Origin: Macrostomum lignano
Taxonomy: Eukaryota
Direction: 5' to 3'
Length of the DNA: 40,903 bases
Assembly: GCA_002269645.1 (NCBI GenBank)
Contig: NIVC01001795.1
Location: 171,742 to 212,644, forward strand
Made by a program: the position numbers and the translations under genes. The number at the start of each line of letters is the position of its first letter. The stretch's first letter is position 1. Shown piece by piece: positions 10,763 to 22,636 of this stretch. The notes under the pieces were generated by a model. That model was not told where the DNA came from, made no database searches, and saw only the letters and a program-made list of their open reading frames with translations.

Positions 10763-11591
10763 TCACACTCGAACGGCGAATTCTCCAGCCACGGCCTTCA
10801 GCTCGTGCGGCACAACGGGGAATCTCAGCAGGTGGCAGGCGTCCAGGTGGAGCAGCACGGCCTGGCAGCGAATCAGACACTCGTTCAGGCCCATCACGGG
10901 CTGCTCGGTGCGGTAGAAGGGCCCGCTGGAGGAGGTCACGTTCAGGTAGACTCGATCGGCAAAAGTGAAGTACTTGCTACACTGGAAAGACAAATGAGAG
11001 TTCACAGCAGTTCTGGTGAGACTGACTGAGTGAGCAGTTACAATTCAGTAAATTTTGTACTGTACCAGCATGTGTGATTTATCCTGATTTACCACAGTTT
11101 AAATCGGCCTTGAGGATTGCACACCCTCACACGTGCACTCTGAGTTTACTTTGTCATGCCAAATAAATGAATATTATGTTAGAACAATTGAACTCACCTG
11201 GACGAAGGTAGACCTGCCGGTACACGGAGTTTCTCCAATCTGGTCCCCAGACTTGAGCAGAGTTGCCGCCGCAGTTCCTGTTGCAGTCGCTGTCGGCAGC
11301 CTGGCCGAGGGAGCCATACGAGTTTGCACAGAAGCATTCCACTGAAATCTGAATGCCAAAGTACTCAAAGTTTCCATAGGCGCAGATCTCGCTGCACAGT
11401 TCCAGAGTCATGTGGTTGAGGCGGACCATTGACGAGGACACCGAGTACATGTAACGGCCCGATGGTTGACCTGCCTTTGAGTCTCGAGTTGGACCGTCCA
11501 CGAAGCAGCCCACCGGGCCGAATTCGGCGCCCAGCGAGCAGCCGAAAGCGACGCAGCAGCAGAGAAGCGGCAGAATTGATGAGTCCTGCAT
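10763..11591 (-). CDS. Secreted WSC-domain + PAN/apple-like protein; exons 11591-11198 and 11025-10763 (~218 aa)
   Basis: Hydrophobic N-terminus LPLLCCCVAFGCSLGA. WSC motif GCFVD..MTLELCSEIC..YFGIQISVECFC..DCNRNCGG..SVYR. Donor G|GTGAGT (11197) and acceptor CTCAG|TC (11026) are phase 1 and join to ORF 10763..11005 (GLNECLIRC..ACHLLRF). Confidence 0.75.
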
Positions 11592-12214
11592 TGTTAGCGG
11601 CTGTGCAGATGAGGCTTGTGGCTTTTGTATTTTGCTTGGGCTGTCGGCTTTATTAATTTTTCCAAATCACCGGTTGGGTGGCTGGGCGCGACTAGGGCGA
11701 TGCTTAGTAAAATTTATTCTGCGTTTTCGCTGAAATATTGCGTTACCAAAGTGACAGTGTAAACTGCTGTTTACTGGGGGCGGCTTGCAGAATCTGCGCT
11801 CCTGCATCATTGCTTCCACATCACGCGAGGCATCCCATGGTTTATTTTAAGGCATTTTTGAATGAGTTTTCATACTCATTGGTCCCAATGAGAAGTCTTC
11901 CTTTGATTCTTCATATCTGCTTTCTCTGCTGCTTTTGATAGCATAGGCACGCCAGTTTTCTATTCTCAGCCTATTTTTCCTGTCGCGATTCGAAAAAGTC
12001 TATGGATGGAATAAAAAAGTGATTTGAATTATTCTCAATTTTGACCAAAAATTAAGTATCCTTTACGGCTTGTTGTAGCAAATCAAATTTCATTTTCAAA
12101 TCGCGCCCTGCATGCAATCGAGTCTCATCTCAAAATCTCGACATCTCTATAGATTGGAGACATGATGACATCTGCTATGGCAGAAACTTATCAGAGTAAA
12201 ATAGGAACCTAGCC

Positions 12215-12283
12215 GCGCTAAAATGAGTGCCTGCAGCGCTAAAATGAGTGGCTGCAGCGCTAAAATGACTGCCTGCGGCGCTA
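12215..12283. repeat. Three imperfect tandem copies of a 21-bp unit (GCGCTAAAATGAGTGCCTGCA)
   Basis: Direct reading. Confidence 0.8.
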
Positions 12284-12560
12284 TCTCCGGCCATTAATGA
12301 CGTACACTGCGACGTAAATGTAACTCCACCGATAACCAAGTTGTTTACGCTCTTCATGCGCGTACGTGCTTCGCTTAGCTTATCAAGCCCGCTCCAACTA
12401 CATGTACCGCTCCGTTAATTTCCACGTCTTGACCTGGCATAAAAAATAGAAGCCATGCTCGCGCTGGCATGCCAAACAGATCAAATAAGTAGACTAAGTG
12501 AATTTTGAAAGAAAATTTTGCGATCAACCAGTCTCATTCCGTGGGCCATCAATTAAGCAA

Positions 12561-12698
12561 CCAATGGAGCGATTTTGGAACTGTATGCTACAATTGCCGG
12601 TCTGCATGGGCCCATAAAATCTGATGGATTGGCCTAACTCTCACAGACAGCCAATTTAGGTTCAGAGAATGTGAGGAAGCAGGCAATCAGACTCCAAT
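12561..12698. promoter_or_regulatory. Cluster of four CCAAT/ATTGG boxes; candidate promoter between the divergent WSC and Ssdp genes
   Basis: CCAAT at 12561, 12651 and 12694, ATTGG at 12628. They lie in CpG-retaining sequence ~450-570 bp upstream of the Ssdp ATG. Confidence 0.3.
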
Positions 12699-13134
12699 TC
12701 ATTAGAAGTTGTGGCTCTTTAATTTTTCGGCAAGATAGTATAATTATCGCAAAACAAATAATGACAAGCGTACAGACGTTCTGCCGGCTTTCAAAATTTA
12801 TGACATCCGATTCAAACTAAAAGTGTTGGTACCATAGTTATGAGCATAGGACATAAAAAAGAATTATGTTCTGAATGTTTTATTTTCCATAGGTTGGCAA
12901 TATTGCGGTAATTTTTTAAATAAAATTTTGCTTACATGTATGTTACAAATAAATATTTTTCGTAACTTTTCACGACAAAACTTTTTTCTTTTAGCTTTGC
13001 TGTTCTGATAATTGCTGTATAGTGTGTTTCTAAGGAAGGACATCGTTAAGTTTAGCAAATAAAGCAAAAGAATATTGTCTTAAAAATCAATTTCTGATTT
13101 TATTAAGGAGCCATTTTGCTTTGCTCAATACAGT

Positions 13135-16100
13135 ATGTATGCAAAAGGCAAAGCAAATAGTGTTCCTTCTGATGCACAGGCACAGGAGAAGTAAGTTTCA
13201 ACATAACTTTATATTAATAGTAAAAGTCTTACTTATGCTGTAGCTATCTAAAATGAAAATACAAGTATTATATTTTAGTTCTGTATATTTATAAATAATT
13301 TGCATAACAATAAATGATTCTTGATATTATTAGTAAAATTGAGCAATAGCTAGAGGCTTGAAATTAAATGGTGCATATTGTATCTATTGTCATTATGTCA
13401 AATAATAATGGTTTAAAAATTATGAATAGTATAATTATACATTTTATAATTAATCATATACCATAGTTCAGATTTTATATTAGTGTATACAATGCCCCAT
13501 AGTCTAGATCATACTGGATGCACGCCCAAACAAAAATTGAATAATTACAAATACATGCCAAAAAAATTGAGTGCACGCCCATTCTCAAAAATACACTGGT
13601 ATTGCAGTAATAAATGACCTAAGTTATTATATTGCAACAGAAAATGACCCTTTTAAAATTATATATTGAACCCTTTTTGGCAAATAATTTGGTTACTTTT
13701 GATGCTTTTTGGCAATATTATTTATAGCGCAAAATCAATACACACAAATTTGTTTAACTGCTTTGTTATATGCTAAAAACATAAAGCTTAAAATTTACAC
13801 TTAAAAATGAACTTTATTCTACTTTACAACTTTTCCACATAATTGTATTAAGTGCAAGCCAGATAGATATGCATGCATACTATTTTCTTAAAAGTGATGC
13901 ACGCCAATTGTGCCCACCTAATTTTGGCATGCAAAGCCAATGCATACCCAAATTTTCAAGCATATATTGCATGATCTAGAATGTAGTATATGCTAGGTTT
14001 ATTGTTAAAAAATGATAAGACCTCTAGTCTAGGGTCTAGACCATAGTCTAGAAAGTGGCCTTTATGCTAGATTTTCTAGCATATTTTTGCTGACAATATT
14101 GGTGTACACTTGGTGTATAGAATTTTCAGGTTCAACATAAAGTATACACAGTCGGTGTACAAAAAATAGCCAAGTTCAAGGCTAATGTAATTGTGTAATT
14201 AAATATCAACCAATGTTGAAAGATCTTTAAAAATAATTAGAAACTAAAATAGAAAATAATAATACAATCACAAGAAAGTCTAATTAAAACAAAGAATATC
14301 AGTTTTTAGCAACAAAAAGGGTTTTAAAGTTTAGTAAAGGTTTTGAATTCCTAAAAAATATATTCTTCAAAAAATGATATATAAACAATTTTTGTCTTAG
14401 TGGAAATATTTTTTATAATTTTATGTCGGCACAAAATTGAAAAAAACATGAATTTTCATTCTTGCATATGCCTGCCATGATCTGGACTATGGGGTCCAGA
14501 TTGTGTAGCAAGGACTACTTAACAACTCAGGATGCTACACTCGCGAATGGTAGAAATTCTAGAAAAGGCCGCTTGCTTTAGCTGTGTCTATGGTTTTTAA
14601 TAAGCCTTTTGGATAAAGAAGCAAGTACTAAGTGATAGATAATTATAAAAGTTTTGTGCTATAATCATTATTTTTACAGTTAAACAAACAATAAATATAT
14701 GCAAATATTCCTAGCATAAGAATTGTAAATAATAATTGAAAAGTATGATATGCAACAAATTGGAAAACTCTGTACTCCGTACTCTGTATAAGGAAAACAT
14801 AGATGGCTATAACAAAGTTTAAAAATATGCAGGTGTTTGAAAGAAACATTCAGCTAGGCTTAAGTTTGTGGAGTCGGCGAGAGCAAATGGTGGTTGATTG
14901 TCTGGACATCTCGGAATCTCTGTGCACTATGCCTTTATAGATGGAGTTGGCCAGTCTTCGAGACACTCCACCCAGCAGATGTCAGTCCAGTTGAACATGA
15001 AAAATTTTTTGAAGATTTTCTCAATTACAAGCATAGAACCGTTAATACAACGCTGCCAAGAACCAATAGAATAGGCATAATAGAAGCAGGCAAAGACAAC
15101 TAACCATTCAGGCAGATGGCTTAGTTTCCCTCAAGATACAAGCGGGGTGAACTCACTACAAGCATTGGAAGTATCCAGACTAGGCAAACTTGTTGCAATT
15201 GCTCGGTCAGGCAAATTTTCTTTGTGTGAAACGTAGCCACAAATGTAGTAAAGAGAGGCTTTTTCTTCAGTAGAAATTCGAGCAACGGATAAACTAAGCT
15301 CGTCAAAACTGATAGTCTCTTTATCAGTGACATCATGCTGACAACATGCGGATGGCAAGTGATCTGGTGGCAAAACTTGAAGTTGCGCATAGAGCTGCAT
15401 GCAATAGAGGCGAGCACTAGCCATAATCTGATCCACTGATATATAATAGCAGCCTCCATGACCTTGACGATAAAGGGAAAACTCTCCCTCAAATCGGTCC
15501 AACTGGCATTCACCTAAAAGGTTTAGTACAATCACTGTCGATTTTCATAAAAAACAACAGTGTGCATACTCATCTAACAGTTGCTAATTATTAACAAACT
15601 CACCAAGTAGCACATAAGAAAAGCCGTAATCTTGTATGAGATGGCTACTTAAATCTACAAGGCCTCATACAGTTTGGTACAATGCGTTTCGCATCTCTGT
15701 CATCAGTGAATGCAATCATCCTGCTCCTCGGCCGCCTGACATCCCTTTAATCAGAGTAGCAAATTGGAGTAGAAATGTCAAATTTTTGCACTCGTTTGAC
15801 TTTCGCACTCTAGAATTTTAGTACACTTTCAACGAAATCCGCTGTTTCAAGACAACTATTCAAATGAAGAGCAGCAACCGTTTTATCATTGAACACATCA
15901 AGCACTAGTAAAACTTTCTGTTGTTCCAATAGAATAGTTCTTGCCAAATTTTGTGGTGCATCCTCTGCATATCCAATAACGTGGCCTCCACGAAGACGTA
16001 AGGAAGGCTGCACATAAACTTCGTCAAAGACAACCCTATTGCAGCCAAGGTCTGAACCGCGCCGGACGCCCCCCTTTCCCGCGCCAGACATCTACCCGTA

Positions 16101-19100
16101 CTGCGCCAGGGCCAGTCCCCAGGATCAGTGATTTGGTTCAATTAGTCAGTCAATGGCTCGCCGCGCGCTGCGCGCCGCCGCCACACACCACGCCACCGCG
16201 CGCCGCCGCCACGCGCCGCGCCGCCGCCGCGCGCCACGCCGCCACCAGTCCAATCCGCGCCGGACGCCGTCCACGAAAATGGCCATTGGCTGCAATAGGG
16301 AAAGACAATAGAGCAGATACGCTGCAATGGGCTGCAGCACTTTAAATGAGCTTCAATAATAAGCTGACAATATTTATCTATACCAACTGAACCGAGTCCG
16401 CCGATGTGCCGTTTTAGAGTAGCTGGATGAAGCAGACACTATAGTTCTTTCGCAGCTCGGTACGCTTGTCTTCCAGCAAAATATATCTTAGCCGTCATCA
16501 AAATATCTATGCAGTTATACTGAGTGCCACCGGGTGGTTTAAAGCTTAGCTGAAATTGGCGTAGAAGATATTGCTGATGTGGATCAAATGACCCAGACAG
16601 ATCGACTGAAGCGCATCTATGTGTGACTGAGCTGCAGAGCTTGCAGAGATTTCATAGCTCCACGTCCTATTGGCAATTGCTTCCAGCTGATTGTAGCGCT
16701 GCAGCCTGTGCTGAAAACCTAATATGTCAAGCACAAGCACATTTTTACAAGTACAAGCACAAGAACAAACTTAAATTATATCTATAAAAAGAATAATGAA
16801 AAATTTACATTGTTAACAATCTAAATACACTAAATCTCTAATATTAAACTATACAATTTTTATTTATTGTTAATATTAAAGAAGCAAAAAGTTTACCACT
16901 GACTTTTTAGACAATACACATTTTCCTTTATTTTACATAAAATATTGATTTACATTACAATTTTTATGTATGGCATGAATTTATTCACCTAAATTTGTAT
17001 GCAAAAAATGGCATGAATTTGTATGCCAAAATTTGTATGCCAACTTTGAAAGGGATCATTTGTACATCAGAATTTTTCCGCATTCATGTAACCTTCTAGA
17101 GTCTAGCGACACCTCATTTATATTTTTATATGGTAGGTTTTTGCACCAATACAAAAAATTTTCATTGACACAATGTTTCTGCTATGTCATATATGCCAGG
17201 ATATAAGCTGATGTATGCCAAAAAATGTCAAGTACCTTGTTGTAGGCTGGGAAATCTTGGTATATATGTCAACTTCCAAACTATGGATCATATAATGCTA
17301 TAAAATTATAAAATGTTTGGCAATTGTAAGAACTTTAGTAGTTCTACCATAGCTACAAATATAAATCTGGTTATAGGAATGCATATCAATGTGGCCACTG
17401 GCTGAAGTGAAAATTTTAATGTAGCAATAATGAAAAAAATGCAAGAAATTTAGGTGTATATTTCCAAAAGGTCAAACTTTAGTTGTAAAAAGTCAATAAA
17501 AATGATGATAAATTTGGAATTGTTATTTGGCATATATTAAAATACAGAAGCAGATATGGAATGTTTGCTAAAATGTGGAAGATAGAATATTTTCCTAAAT
17601 TATAGATGAGTATGCAAGTATTAATCTAGGCAGTTATCATTTATCCAGAGACCAAATAAATAGCAATGTGGTTATTTGTCAAGTTATTGGATAGTAACTA
17701 TGTTTCATTATTCATCTGGTTAATATCAGATAAATAGGCATTTTGTTATTTGTCTAGTTAAATTGATAATGCTATAATATCTATTTTACAAAAACTACAA
17801 TCAATATTCTTGGACTTTAATGACTTCTTATTCGTATCTTGATTATTATGTTGTTATACTAGTGTACATCTTTATACACTACTAGGCTGCACTTGCAATC
17901 TCATTTTTAGTATATAGGAACTCAAACTGGTTGCAAATGTGAAAGAAAATATTTAAGCAAGTGTAGGCTTAATTGCATATATATTTGCTTTGCTTACATT
18001 AGCTAGTATAACAAAACATTACTTAGGATACAATAAAAGTCTTAAATATCCAGAATATTCATCACTAATAAACAAATAGATACTTATGTCAGCAATTTAA
18101 CTAGACAAATAACAAAATGGCTATTTGTCTAGATTAGACAAATAACTACTTCACTATTTATCTGGTTACTGGACAAATAACAACTGCCATTAATCTAAAT
18201 TGCGTAGGTGGCTATCAAACAAGCTCACAAACAATAATTTAGCTCGTATGACCCCAAAAGTAGCAAAAACCATGCCTTAGTTATTATGACTTACAAGTAT
18301 GGCAAAATCATATAGCTACAAAAATACTACTAGTATGAATTCTAGGAAATTATATAAAAAGGAGAAAAATGCCTATGGACTACTGTTAGTAGGCTAACAA
18401 GTTTGGAATCAATATTTTTGGAATTCAGAATTCATACTAATAGGATTTTTGTTTCTAAAATTCCTAATTCCAACTTTCAACCTTCTTTGCAATACTCTTA
18501 AAAATAATCAATGATCTGAGAATAAGTATTGAACAAGCTGTAAACAATTTAATTGCATGAGCAAGTTGGTTCTCTCTCCCTAAACTTTGCTCCTATTTGT
18601 ATTAACTGAAAGGAGTATATTTTAACAAAAGACTATTATTTGAGAATATTTCAAAAAGTAAAACAACATACATTTTTTGTGCGTAAGTTTGAATTTAAGC
18701 TTTCTAAGAAACCCTATTACATAGAGGACAGAAAAAACTCCTGTAGCAAAATTTTTTTTATGTTTAAAATAAGAACTATTTTTATAATATGTTCTTTATA
18801 AGTAGTGATGGACCAAAATTTGATTTTTATTTTGATATTCAGAATTTTCAAACCTATTTTTGCATCAGAATCATTTTGATTTCAATTTCAAATTTTGACA
18901 CTTTTCATTAAAAAGCATTTCAAAATTTTGGTTATATTTTAACAATTAGACATTCATGACCATATTATACAAGTAGGAAAATCTATAGGAAGTGAAAAGA
19001 AGTGCAGTTCAAAGACTTAGAAGGGAGGCAAGAATTGCCTTTTCTGCAAGAGATTGCACAGTGCACGCACATTGTTCTAGGCTTTGTGCTGCACCCACTT

Positions 19101-22100
19101 ATATCTCCACAGAAGCCCACTGGCTGAACTCATCGGCATGAATTTTAATTTGCTAATGACTTTAAAAGCCTTAATGAAATTGATCTAGATCTCTGATTTG
19201 AACAATAGTAAATTATAATACACTTTCTATTCTTAGTATAATATATAATACACCAGCCTTTTCTATTTCATAATTTTTAAGTGAGAAATTTCAAGTAATT
19301 TTGTTTAAACACCAAAGATATTTTATAAAAAAGCATGTAAGGTCATTTTTAAAAAGGCTTTCTTTGATTGATACTTAAGCTCTGTGTCATCTATATACTA
19401 AACCTGACTTGCCTATTTTTTAAAGATCATAAATGCAGATGCAAGGTATTAAACTTTTTTGCATGATTAGTGAAAATTCAAAAATTTGTTTAACTGAATA
19501 ACATTTTGAGTTTATTTTCAATTTTGATTTCAATTTTAAAGAACCAAAAATTTGGATTTCTATTTCAATACAAAAAATAATTTCAAGCCATCATTTACAA
19601 GTATAACAACGTATAAGGACTTCTTACAAAACTCACTTGCAAAGTCAAATGAGTTTTTAAAGAAAATTTTGTGTAAAATTTTGAAACATTCTATTTTTTC
19701 CTATGTATCTTATTGTACCCTCTGGACTATGGCACCTGCCCCATAGTATAGAAGGTGGCCTTTGTGCTAGAAAATTTTAGCATATCTCTGCCCGTCATTG
19801 ACAATCTTGGCATATATTTGGTATATAGAATTTTTAAGGTCTTACATTAGTATACACAGTTATGTATAAAAAATAGGCAAGTCACGTTTAGTATATAGAT
19901 GACACAGAGCTTAAGTGTCAATCAAAGGAAGCTTTTTTAAAAATGGTAATGCAACTAATAAAACAGAAACAATATTTAACAATATTAAAGCTTGATAAAA
20001 AGATAATTTAAGATAGGGTTTAAGTAAGAATTCAAAGCTAATCAGAAGAAAAAGGCATAGGGAAGAAAATTGAGGATCTAAGAAATGCAAATTTGAATTT
20101 AATTTTAAAGAGGAACAATTTATCTGAAAATACAGAACATTTGTGCTTTGCTTTGATTATTTAAAGTAGTTAAATCAATGACCCCTTGAAATGTTAATGT
20201 AATAAATGGCTGCAACTGCTTGTAGGCTGGCTCTGTACGTGTACGAGTACCTGGTCCACATCGGCGCCTCCAAGGCTGCTCAAACCTTTCTGTCAGAGAT
20301 TCGTTGGGAGAAAAATATCACGCTGGGCGAGCCGCCCGGCTTCCTCTGCTCCTGGTGGTGGTGAGTTCAGCTGTCGCATTCAGTGTCCGCTGCAATTGAT
20401 TATGGGTACCCAGTGCATATTGCCTTTAACTGTATGAACTGCCTTGCAGTGTGTTTTGGGATCTGTACAGCGCCGCGCCTGAGCGTCGGGACACCTGCGA
20501 GCACACCAGCGAGGCCAAGGCCTTTCACGACTATGTGAGTGCGGGTTTGTGCCGACATGAAAATTAAACTCGCATGGGAATCACCTCTGAGTTCACATGG
20601 GAATCAGCTCTAGCTCACATGTGAATCAGCTCTAATCTCACATGAGAATCAGCTCTAGCTCACATGTGAATCAGCTCTAAACTCACATGAGAATCAACTC
20701 TAAACTCACATGAGAATCAGCTCTAATCTCACATGAGAATCAGCATAATCTCACATGAGAGTCAGCTCTAATCTCACATGAGAGTCAGCTCTAATCTCAC
20801 ATGAGAGTCAGCTCTAATCTCACATGAGAATCAGCTCTAAACTCACATGAGAATCAGCTCTAAACTCACATGAGAATCAGCTCTAAACTCACATGAGAAT
20901 CAGCTCTAATCTCACATGAGAATCAGCTCTAAACTCACATGAGAATCAGCTCTAAACTCACATGAGAATCAGCTCTAATCTCACATGAGAATCAGCCTAA
21001 TCTCACATGAGAGTCAGCTCTAATCTCACATGAGAGTCAGCTCTAATCTCACATGAGAGTCAGCTCTAATCTCACATGAGAATCAGCTCTAAACTCATGG
21101 GAATCAGCTCTAAACTCACATGAGAATCAGCTCTAATCTCACATGAGAATCAGCTCTAAACTCATGGGAATCAGCTCTAAACTCACATGAGAATCAGCTC
21201 TAATCTCACATGAGAATCAGCTCTAAACTCACATGAGAATCAGCTCTAAACTCACATGAGAATCAGCTCTAATCTCACATGAGAATCAGCTCTAATCTCA
21301 TGGGAATCAGCTCTAAACTCATGGGAATCAGCTCTAATCTCACATGAGAATCAGCTCTAATCTCATGGGAATCAGCTCTAAACTCACATGAGAATCAGCT
21401 CTAAAAACTCACATGAGAATCAGCTCTAAACTCACATGTGAATCAGCTCTAAACTCACATGAGAATCAGCTCTAAACTCACATGGGAATCAGCTCTAATC
21501 TCACATGAGAATCAACTCTAATCTCCATGGAAATCAGCTCTAAACTCATCTAATTGTTGTCTAAAGAATCACCTGAGGCTTGTATAACTGTCAATACTCT
21601 CACCTGGAATTTGTCTCTAATAAACTCACTTGGTTCGGTCTGAATCAGCAAAAAGCCAGCAGCCACGCCGCCCGCGCACCCTGACCCGCAGGGCTTCGTG
21701 AACACCGGCTTCCCGCCCGGCATGCCGCCGCACCCGAATCCCCAGGCTGGCGGGCCTTCGCCGATGCCGCCGTCCGATTTCTTCCCCGGCGGTCCGCCCG
21801 GTCCCGGCGGCGGCGGCGCTGGCGGGGGCCCGCAGCCCCCGATGGGCCCGGTGGACATCCGCGGCGGCCCGGTGCCCCCCGGCATGCAGCGCGGCGGAGG
21901 CGCCGGCGGCCCACCAGGCGGAGGACCCGGCATGCCGCCTAGACTGCCGCCCCCCAACCCCATGTACCGCGGCGGCCCCCGGCCCGGCTGGAACCCCATG
22001 GGCGGGGCGCCGCCGCCCAGCTCGGGGCCGTACTCTGCGCCCTCGCCCTCGCCCTACAGCGGCGGCCCCCCGCCGGGACCGGGCACGCCTGGCGTGATGC

Positions 22101-22636
22101 CCTCGCCGCAGGACTCCACGGCTAGCGGCGAGTCCATGTACGGGCCGCCGCAGCCGCGCCAGATGAACGTGCCGCCGATGGGGCACCACGGGCCGCCGTA
22201 CATGCACGACGGCTCGCAGATGATGCCGTCCGACATGCCGCCCGGCGGTCACCTGATGAACGGCGGCGGCGGCGGCGGCGGAGGTGGCGCCGGAGGTGGC
22301 GGCGGTGGCCCCGGCGGCGGCCCCGGCGGCGGCCCTGGCGGTGGCGGCGGCCCGTCCAGCAGTCCTCACCCGGGAATGCCGCCGGGCCCGCCGCCGGTCA
22401 GCGAGTACCTGCACTACACGGAGCCGCACATGCACATGCAGCAGTCGCAGGCCATGCAGTCCCACCCTGGCATGGGTGGCCCGCCGCCGCCCTCCGGCCC
22501 GCCCGGGCCGCAGGACCAGAACGACAGCGCCGCCATTCAAAAGATCAAAGAATCGATGCAGGAGGAATCCGAGCGCCTGTTCAAGAAGGAGGGCCATCCG
22601 GGCATAGACACGGAATATGGGTTCGGACAGCAGTGA
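13135..22636 (+). CDS. Ssdp: Single-stranded DNA-binding protein Ssdp/SSBP2-3-4 orthologue (LisH/LUFS domain + Pro/Gly-rich tail), 406 aa. Exons 13135-13190, 20226-20360, 20450-20534, 21692-22636
   Basis: Spliced translation [111 protein letters not shown] is the diagnostic SSDP N-terminus and invertebrate C-terminal motif. All introns are GT-AG with consistent phases (2,2,0). Confidence 0.95.
13495..14500. mobile_element. Cluster of non-autonomous elements sharing CCATAGTC(T/C)AGA(TCAT) inverted termini; class unresolved
   Basis: CCCCATAGTCTAGATCATA (13495) is inverted to CATGATCTGGACTATGGGG (14476-14494) at 17/19. ATGATCTAGA occurs at ~13972. Hairpin TCTAGAC-CATA-GTCTAGA at 14035-14052. 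No TSD found. Confidence 0.4.
14850..16718 (-). mobile_element. Decayed P-element/THAP9-family transposase in Ssdp intron 1 (antisense), with internal deletion, nonsense/frameshift lesions, a 90-bp intron and a MITE insertion
   Basis: Motifs in order: [31 protein letters not shown]|[63 protein letters not shown]|[56 protein letters not shown]. Confidence 0.85.
16034..16300. mobile_element. 267-bp GC-rich MITE with perfect 15-bp TIRs and 8-bp TSD
   Basis: TIR CCCTATTGCAGCCAA (16034-16048) / TTGGCTGCAATAGGG (16286-16300). TSD AAAGACAA at 16026-16033 and 16301-16308. Internal direct repeat CCGCGCCGGACGCC. Confidence 0.92.
16993..17110 (+). repeat. Dispersed repeat (AATTTGTATGCCAAAA subrepeats + CAACTTTGAAAGGG..TAACCTTCT), second copy at ~28605-28775
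   Basis: By-eye alignment of the two copies in the same orientation. Confidence 0.6.
17629..18188. mobile_element. Mutator(MULE)-like MITE, 560 bp, long imperfect TIRs, 9-bp TSD
   Basis: Termini GGCAGTT...AACTGCC. TSD ATTAATCTA at 17620-17628 and 18189-18197. TIR similarity extends ~100-130 bp (e.g. 17727-17763 vs 18095-18131). Confidence 0.85.
19720..19885 (+). repeat. Dispersed repeat, paralogue of ~14035-14175 (CCATAGT-headed element end)
   Basis: CCATAGTATAGAAGGTGGCCTTTGTGCTAGA..AGTATACACAGT..AAAAAATAG aligns by eye with 14041-14175. It is preceded by an imperfect hairpin TCTGGACTATGG/CCATAGTATAGA. Confidence 0.6.
20575..21550. repeat. 23-bp minisatellite (GAGAATCAGCTCTAA(A/T)CTCACAT)n, ~42 copies, filling Ssdp intron 3
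   Basis: Direct reading. It lies between the donor at 20535 and the acceptor at 21691. Confidence 0.97.

Noticed and set aside
13131-13137. Acceptor CAG|T-ATG one base before the Ssdp start as a spliced-leader site
   Set aside because: Flatworm leaders end in AUG, which here would create an out-of-frame upstream start. A cis-spliced 5'UTR intron is simpler, as seen for the nested gene. It cannot be resolved without reads.
12864-20200. Short AT-rich ORFs in Ssdp intron 1 (e.g. 12864..13067, 14643..14849, 19552..19746)
   Set aside because: Low-complexity F/I/K/N-rich translations typical of AT-rich non-coding DNA.
20575-21550. Regular repeat arrays as possible CRISPR arrays
   Set aside because: They have no unique spacers and no cas genes, and the context is eukaryotic introns. 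The same applies to all other arrays.
21550-22607. Overlapping ORFs 21550..21999(-), 21626..22597(-), 22284..22607(+)
   Set aside because: Shadow frames of the very GC-rich Ssdp exon 4.
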